From the NCBI GenBank assembly GCA_943354475.1, contig CALRBT010000001.1, positions 101,424-165,423 of the forward strand: 64,000 nt of DNA, given 5' to 3'. Shown here piece after piece: positions 59,084 through 64,000 of the stretch. The notes beneath the pieces are model-generated. The model made no database searches and was not told where the DNA came from. It was given only the letters and a program-made list of their open reading frames with translations. This DNA is from Parcubacteria group bacterium (GTDB lineage Bacteria > Patescibacteriota > Minisyncoccia > Phycocordibacterales > CALRBT01). The position numbers were made by a program, and so were the translations under genes. How positions within the stretch are numbered: position 1 is the stretch's first letter; the number at the start of each line of letters is the position of its first letter.

Positions 59084-59485
59084 TTATTTACCTGCCACTT
59101 TAAAATTCACATACAGATTCATCAGATAGTTCCACATACCGACAATGCCGGCAACCATAACTCTGGAAATCAAATATTGTATCTGAAATATTTCAACGAG
59201 TGCATACATTGTTACCATTGCAAAACTGATACCAATTAGCGCAATAGCCATAAAGCCAAAATAACTTACTCGTGCAGATGTTAAGGTACCTTTGAATACA
59301 AAGTGACGGCTGAAAAAATAATTTATAGAAATAGCAACAGCGAAGGCGACCCCTGTGGCAACAATGTAATTCCAAAGGAAAATATCGGTAAAAATATAAA
59401 GAAGAAGTAGGTCGAGTGTAAAGGTCGAGATACCAACACCACTGTATTTTAAAAAACGTTTGAAATTAGGTTTCTCGCTCATCAT
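59084..59485 (-). CDS. GtrA-family membrane protein
   Basis: RFLKYSGVG...INYFFSRHFVF...WNYLMN, four TM segments. Confidence 0.85.
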   Translation of the reverse strand: MMSEKPNFKRFLKYSGVGISTFTLDLLLLYIFTDIFLWNYIVATGVAFAVAISINYFFSRHFVFKGTLTSARVSYFGFMAIALIGISFAMVTMYALVEIFQIQYLISRVMVAGIVGMWNYLMNLYVNFKVAGK

Positions 59486-59551
59486 GCGTCTATTATAACA
59501 AAAACTAGTAATCGATATTAAATGTGAAATCCCCCCAGCTTCGCTGGGGGG

Positions 59552-59860
59552 ATTACTAAGCACGACTATGACAGAAAACATCAAGAGTACAGGGACCAGA
59601 TACAAACTTTGGAAATTGAACTTTCTGAACACTCAAAAGCAGATTACGAATACCAAACCACCGTTGCCACAGTCATTTCTGTAGCACGCAGATCAAAAGC
59701 TATTTTTGAAAATAGTTCTGATGTTGCAGGAAAACGAGCATTTTTGAATACTCTACTTCAGAACCCTACTGTAAACGGAAAAAAGCTATATTTTACAATA
59801 GCTTCTCCCTACAATCTGGTACTAGAATTGGCTAATCACCCTAACTGGCTCCGCGGGTAG
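59552..59860 (+). pseudogene. C-terminal relic of a large serine recombinase
   Basis: ITKHDYDRKHQEY...KRAFLNTLLQNPTVNGKKL...NWLRG*. The last codons are read from the tRNA antisense strand. No catalytic N-terminus. Confidence 0.65.
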
Positions 59861-59920
59861 GATTCGAACCTACGACCAATTCGTTAACAGCGAACTGCTC
59901 TACCACTGAGCTACCGCGGA
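59846..59920 (-). tRNA. tRNA-Asn(GTT)
   Basis: TCCGCGG acceptor stem, AGCTCAGTGGTAGAGC D arm, CT-GTT-AA anticodon loop, GGTTCGAATCC, encoded CCA. Confidence 0.97.
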
Positions 59921-60018
59921 ATATGTATCTCCTTGAAACACAAAAAGATAGTACCAAAAAAGCGTCTTGCTGTAAATTGCTCCAAAAAGGTACAATGAGG
60001 GTATAAATTTACAATAGT

Positions 60019-60318
60019 ATGATTAAACTCTATGTTAAAACAGGTTGTCGATATTGTGAGGCGGTTCTGAGAAAGCTCCATCTGGAAAATGTTGAATTCT
60101 CAGAACTCAACATCGCTGATAAGGTGAACGCTGAGGATGTCTTACGGCTCGGCGGTAAATTCCAAGTCCCATTTCTGGTTGATGAGGAGCGGGGGATTTC
60201 AATTTACGAATCAGCGATGATTATCGATTATCTCGATCAGAATTATTCTAAGTCGGCGAAAAATAAAACTAACTTAGAGCTTCTGCATATTGACCCAAAG
60301 ACATCGACAGAATTCTAA
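60019..60318 (+). CDS. Glutaredoxin/GST-N-like protein
   Basis: CRYC, QVPFLVD, YESAMIIDYL. Confidence 0.88.
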   Translation: MIKLYVKTGCRYCEAVLRKLHLENVEFSELNIADKVNAEDVLRLGGKFQVPFLVDEERGISIYESAMIIDYLDQNYSKSAKNKTNLELLHIDPKTSTEF

Positions 60319-60333
60319 TTTTAAAAACAAGAA

Positions 60334-60564
60334 ATGCTTTTTTCTGCTAAAATAATACCAGAGGCAAAAAGAAACTTGGTTACCGCTCTTTCACCAACCC
60401 GTCTTAAGGTTGAGGTCAAAGAAGAAGCAAGGGGGAATCTTGCCAATATACAGGCGATAGCTTTGCTTGCAGATCACTTTAATCTCCCAAAAGGAAAGGT
60501 GAAAATAATTCGAGGTCACCATAAGCCACAAAAGATAGTTTCAATAAATAAGGAGGAAAAATAG
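60334..60564 (+). CDS. DUF167/YggU-family protein
   Basis: KIIPEAK...GNLAN...LLADHF...IIRGH. Confidence 0.8.
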   Translation: MLFSAKIIPEAKRNLVTALSPTRLKVEVKEEARGNLANIQAIALLADHFNLPKGKVKIIRGHHKPQKIVSINKEEK

Positions 60565-60609
60565 AGTAATCAAAAATTTTACTAGAAAGGAGTAATCAAT
60601 TCTAACTAT

Positions 60610-60987
60610 ATGAGAAGTACAACAAAAGTCACAGGAATGGAGTTAACACCTGCTATTTCTGATTACCTTGATAAAAAAATCACCAGTTTAGACAAGTTAA
60701 TTGATAAAGAGGATACAAGTGCTCTGGCAAAGGTTGAAATTGGAAAGACGAGCAATCATCACAACCAAGGGGAGGTGTTTCGCGCTGAGATTACCTTACA
60801 TATTGCAGGAGCTGACTTCAGAGTTGAATCCGAAAAAGATAATCTTTATGCGGCAATTGATGCAGTACGTGATCAAATGCATCAAGAACTCCAGAGTTAT
60901 AAACGCAAGAAAGTAAGTCTCGTTAGGCGAGGTGGCGCAAAAATAAAGTCGGTACTCAAAGGCCTTACTAATAGGGGAAAGGAATAA
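60610..60987 (+). CDS. hpf: Ribosome hibernation factor (short HPF/RaiA)
   Basis: MELTPAISDYLDKK...AEITL...NLYAAID. Confidence 0.9.
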   Translation: MRSTTKVTGMELTPAISDYLDKKITSLDKLIDKEDTSALAKVEIGKTSNHHNQGEVFRAEITLHIAGADFRVESEKDNLYAAIDAVRDQMHQELQSYKRKKVSLVRRGGAKIKSVLKGLTNRGKE

Positions 60988-60997
60988 TAAAATACTT

Positions 60998-61621
60998 ATG
61001 AGGGAAAAAACTAAAGGTGAGATTTTTCGGTTACTCTCATACGCATTGCTGATAGGAGCTTTCACTGTTGCGTTTATCTATCTTCTCGTTTATGGTCAAC
61101 GAAATGCTGAACAATTGGAGTTCGCTAGATCCAAACAAGAATACCTACTTGATCAGTCGGTTCTTCTTAAAACTAGTGAGGGGAATATCCACGTTAATTT
61201 GGATGCCAGCAGTGCTCCAATCTCCGTGTATAGTTTCGTGACTCTTTCAAAGAGTGGTTTTTATAATGATTCAATATTCAGTAATGCCATAACTGACTAT
61301 TACATTGTGGGAGGTAAGCGGACAGCAAACTCCGCGACTAGTAGTGCATCCGTCTCTCGTCATTTAGCAGAAACATATAAAGAAACAGATTCAGAGAGAT
61401 CCCCAACACAAGGAGATGTACTCCTCATCAATACAGGCCCTGATAAAAAAGAATATCGATTTCTCATTGTTACTACAGACAACTTGCCACTCCTTGAGAA
61501 GTTTAAGGGAAGGTTTCCGATTGTAGGCAAGGTAATTTCGGGAATGGAGGTAATAGATCGAATTGAACGGCTATATAAACAAAAGAAAGAGGTAATGCTC
61601 AAAGAGACCAGGGTGTTATAG
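60998..61621 (+). CDS. Membrane-anchored degenerate cyclophilin-like protein
   Basis: LKTSEGNI...APISVYSFVTL...GFYND...VGKVISGMEVIDRI. Confidence 0.75.
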   Translation: MREKTKGEIFRLLSYALLIGAFTVAFIYLLVYGQRNAEQLEFARSKQEYLLDQSVLLKTSEGNIHVNLDASSAPISVYSFVTLSKSGFYNDSIFSNAITDYYIVGGKRTANSATSSASVSRHLAETYKETDSERSPTQGDVLLINTGPDKKEYRFLIVTTDNLPLLEKFKGRFPIVGKVISGMEVIDRIERLYKQKKEVMLKETRVL

Positions 61622-61626
61622 AGGCG

Positions 61627-62481
61627 CTATAGAATACTTTTTTGAAAAACAGAGTAATCAGTTTCTTTCTTACCTTCGGGAATGACACGTTTGATGGTGA
61701 ACTTACCTTCGACTAATGATGCGTCCTTGATGATGATGCGAACATTTTTATCTCCCACTTTGACGAAAAAATAGCTTCCAGGCCAACCAAAGTAAGCTCT
61801 GAATTTGCGATCATTTAAGATTGGGTCTCCATTGGGATCGAGTAGTCCATCTTCTTTTTCAATTTTGGTGGAATGCGTAGCCAGGGTGTCATCTTGAGGG
61901 GTTACTACTATTTCACCTGCAATATATCTCCTGATAACATCGGGGAGCATTTGAGATGCTCTTTGATTTAACTCATCACGAAGCGCAGGAGCGGCAATGT
62001 CAGCTGGAATTGAGAGTTTATCCATGGCAAGGATTGGCCCCGTATCAAGTTTGTATTGCATCTTTTGAATACAAACTCCTGTTTCGTTATCACCACCAAG
62101 GATTGCAGATTCAACTGGCGTAGCCCCTCGATATTTTGGCAGGAGAGAATAGTGAACATTAATCGTTCCAAACTTTGGTGTGTCAATGAGTTTTTCTGGA
62201 AGGATTTTACCGTAAGCAACCACCACAAAGAGGTCAAAGTTTTTTTCCGCCAAGTCTTGGATAAATGCATCATCCAGTTTTTCTGGTTGAAGGTAGGGGA
62301 TATTGTGTTCAATGGCCCACAGTTTAGTAGGAGTTGGGGTTAGTATCAGTTTGCGACCTTGTGGTTTATCGGGTGTAGTAACGATGAGCGACGGTAATAG
62401 GTTATTTTCCTTAAGAGTATTTAAGAGTACCAGGGTGAGTGCTGGGGTTCCGAAGAACGCAAAATTAATTTTCTGATTCAT
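61627..62481 (-). CDS. fmt: Methionyl-tRNA formyltransferase
   Basis: FFGTP, PDKPQGR, VVAYGKIL, NVHYSLLPKYRGATP. Confidence 0.96.
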   Translation of the reverse strand: MNQKINFAFFGTPALTLVLLNTLKENNLLPSLIVTTPDKPQGRKLILTPTPTKLWAIEHNIPYLQPEKLDDAFIQDLAEKNFDLFVVVAYGKILPEKLIDTPKFGTINVHYSLLPKYRGATPVESAILGGDNETGVCIQKMQYKLDTGPILAMDKLSIPADIAAPALRDELNQRASQMLPDVIRRYIAGEIVVTPQDDTLATHSTKIEKEDGLLDPNGDPILNDRKFRAYFGWPGSYFFVKVGDKNVRIIIKDASLVEGKFTIKRVIPEGKKETDYSVFQKSIL

Positions 62482-62485
62482 TTGA

Positions 62486-63064
62486 TTATTTTTTTAACGC
62501 GCGTTTCTCCTTACGTTTTCTTTTTTCTTCAATCGGATCAATCACTTCAAGATCGGTTGCAGTATCGACAAAGAGTGCGCCGTTTAGATGGTCAATTTCG
62601 TGTTGGAAGATTTGTGCCAGGAGCCCCTTACCGCTTAGGGTGAATTTCTTTCCCTCTCTGTCGTAGGCGGTGATGGTCGCTTTCTTTGAGCGTTTTACTT
62701 TGCCGTAGAGCCAACGAACCGAGAGACAGCCTTCGGGCATATTCTCACGCTCTTTGGATGATTTGATGAGTTTGGGGTTGATGCAGATAATGTCTTTGGA
62801 GGTGTCGGTATAGCTATCCATATCTTCAGGATCAAGATAGACTTTGCCAGAAATGACCACAATGCAGAGTGATTCTCCAATCTGGGGAGCGGCGAGTGCT
62901 ACACCGTCTGACTGCGCCACCAAGACTTTTTGCATCTTCTCAATTATTTTTGTAATACGAGGGGATTGTATTTCTTCAATTGGCACCTCGACCGCTTTGG
63001 CACGCAAAACAGGGTCCTCTTTTTGGACGATTCCTTCAATTGATTTGTCATTGACGGTAGGCAT
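62486..63064 (-). CDS. def: Peptide deformylase
   Basis: GVALAAPQIG, EGCLSV, QHEIDHLNG. Confidence 0.96.
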   Translation of the reverse strand: MPTVNDKSIEGIVQKEDPVLRAKAVEVPIEEIQSPRITKIIEKMQKVLVAQSDGVALAAPQIGESLCIVVISGKVYLDPEDMDSYTDTSKDIICINPKLIKSSKERENMPEGCLSVRWLYGKVKRSKKATITAYDREGKKFTLSGKGLLAQIFQHEIDHLNGALFVDTATDLEVIDPIEEKRKRKEKRALKK

Positions 63065-63202
63065 GTTTTTAGTTACTTAGTCTCTATTGTATAGCATTTT
63101 TTGGAATAATTAACAGTAGGTGGTGTGTTGGGTTTGTCAGAGATGTTTGCTCACAAGGTATCAGCTTGTGTGAATTTAAAACATTTGATACAGTGTGATC
63201 AT

Positions 63203-63426
63203 ATGAGAAATTATACAAATATGCACCGTAGCCGAATGACTCCTAACCGAAGGCGTGTATAATTTTGCTTTTTCTATTAAATCAATTAAGTAAAACATCC
63301 GCCTTTGCAAAGGCGGATGTTTTCGTTTAGCAGTTTATGAACACAATCATTTTATTAAAACTTAATAATCGACTTATGCACCGTCATATGCGACCGAATT
63401 TTCGGTGGTCGCTTTGCGTTGCTTGA
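63203..63426 (+). promoter_or_regulatory. Attenuator-like leader: uORF1 (63203-63262), terminator (63292-63323), uORF2 (63337-63426)
   Basis: MRNYTNMHRSRMTPNRRRV*, AAAACATCCGCC...GGCGGATGTTTT, MNTIILLKLNNRLMHRHMRPNFRWSLCVA*. Confidence 0.5.
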
Positions 63427-63494
63427 TAGTTCACTGCTTTCAAGGATACAAAGGGGTCACTGAAACCCCACTGTTCTTTGAAAGGAGAAAACTC

Positions 63495-64000
63495 ATGCCT
63501 TGTGAGCTTCGTATACGAGACGACCTATCTGTTAATGATATTGTTGACCTTGCAAAGCGGTATCATGTTAAAGCAACACCCCATGTTGGTAATTGGACAC
63601 CTACTCGGCTTGCACTGCCACTACTTGGTGTTTCCATTTCCTGTGTGGATCAAACCATAGGGGTTAGGGACATCAATACTCATCCGCAACTATTCATTCA
63701 AAATGGTGAAGTGTATGAGCTTTGTGATAATCCCGAACAACTCACCACTCACGCTGTGGTAAATCGGGCACATAATGGAGTACATCAAATCGGTACATCA
63801 TTATCCACGGTTCACGTTGGGGTGTTACGGTTGTTGTATCCTTCGGCAAGCATCATTACCCACACTGAAGAGTTGCTCGAACAACAAGACATCGTCCTAA
63901 CCCTCCTTGAGGAAGTCACTAATTTTTCTCGTTCAGCAACTTGGTGGCGAAAAGTTGATGCTGGAGGGATTGTGACTCAACATCGTAAGAAAGAGCTACC
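63495..64000 (+). CDS. Hypothetical protein (runs off the right edge), not in the ORF track
   Basis: AAAGGAG SD and a frame open for 168 codons: MPCELRIRDDLSVNDIVDLAKRYHVKATPHVGNW... Confidence 0.75.
   Translation, partial: MPCELRIRDDLSVNDIVDLAKRYHVKATPHVGNWTPTRLALPLLGVSISCVDQTIGVRDINTHPQLFIQNGEVYELCDNPEQLTTHAVVNRAHNGVHQIGTSLSTVHVGVLRLLYPSASIITHTEELLEQQDIVLTLLEEVTNFSRSATWWRKVDAGGIVTQHRKKEL

Noticed and set aside
1-64000. CRISPR array or cas genes
   Set aside because: No regularly spaced direct repeats were seen. The only Cas4-like Cys pattern belongs to the helicase-nuclease fusion.

Overview
The window looks like core chromosome from a reduced-genome Patescibacteria/CPR bacterium, probably Parcubacteria (inferred from gene content). 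It uses the standard code, since TGA is a stop in hisS and trmD. Housekeeping genes are thrS, dnaE, rnhB, rpmF, nusB, rnc, smc, rnr, rpsP, khpA, trmD, rpoBC, dnaG, rpoD, hisS, truB, mscL, tsaC, hpf, fmt, def and tRNA-Asn. Many short ORFan cassettes with their own promoter, SD and terminator are interspersed. No rRNA, CRISPR array or intact transposase was found. Main non-routine signals: (1) three ~125-bp rod-shaped palindromes abutting stop codons, with conserved internal loops and covarying stems; (2) a cobalamin riboswitch ahead of two secreted transcobalamin-like (DUF4430, alpha/alpha-barrel) proteins with no transporter gene; (3) an unrecognised, possibly switchable leader before an MFS transporter; (4) two uORF-plus-terminator attenuator-like leaders; (5) leaderless core genes versus SD-led ORFans; (6) two SET proteins, several histone-like Lys-rich tails and a short SMC with no recognisable hinge; (7) a pilin with one internal ochre codon and a serine-recombinase relic at tRNA-Asn. 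All calls come from reading motifs by eye. No database searches were run.
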